This document shows, one piece after another, positions 63,716 to 64,000 of a stretch of DNA of 64,000 bases. The DNA lies in the NCBI GenBank assembly GCA_964016885.1, contig OZ024746.1, positions 101,370,001 through 101,434,000 on the forward strand, in the 5' to 3' direction. The translations under genes and the position numbers were made by a program. The first letter of the stretch is position 1. The number at the start of each line of letters is the position of its first letter. The notes under the pieces are model-generated. The model had not been told where the DNA came from. It saw only the letters and a program-made list of their open reading frames with translations, and did no database searches. This DNA comes from Eledone cirrhosa (lineage: Eukaryota).

Positions 63716-64000
63716 TAATGAAAGGTTGTCTTTCACAAATACTCATCAAAACTCTATTACAATGATCAAAGGAGCATTTTCAATGGACTTTATTTCTATG
63801 CAACAGCCTAACACACAAACTCTCTCTGTCTCTCTCACTCTCTCACACACACAGACAGACACAGACACAGACACACACACACACACAGACACACTTATCA
63901 GCAAAAGTGCTAATTTGATTCAGTTACACTAAGCTGCTAATCATGGTGGAAAGTGTGAAAGTTCTGTCTCTATTGTGAATAAATTAAAATCCATGTTTGC

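Overview
Eukaryotic, AT-rich, very repeat-dense DNA. The microsatellite load and repeat types suggest an octopus/cephalopod genome, but this is inference. Most of the window is intron of a minus-strand gene. Five phase-compatible GT-AG exons (41345 to 17696) encode the end of a Sec14/CRAL-TRIO-like domain plus spectrin-like repeats, resembling the PLEKHG4/puratrophin-Dbs RhoGEF family. The introns and flanks hold a near-intact 5.6-kb L1/Tx1-type retrotransposon and a relic of it, many RTE fragments, tRNA-SINEs, hAT and Tc1/mariner-type MITEs, three Penelope-like GIY-YIG fragments and about a dozen minisatellites, including a 6.5-kb 28-bp array. The most interesting signal is a cluster of about 8-11 type I hammerhead ribozyme motifs. 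Some sit at Penelope 3' ends. Others lie in short non-coding tandem, inverted or foldback elements resembling retrozymes, and two carry the compensatory U3:A8 core variant. Most ORFs in the supplied track are microsatellite artefacts. All calls were made by eye, and repeat boundaries are approximate.
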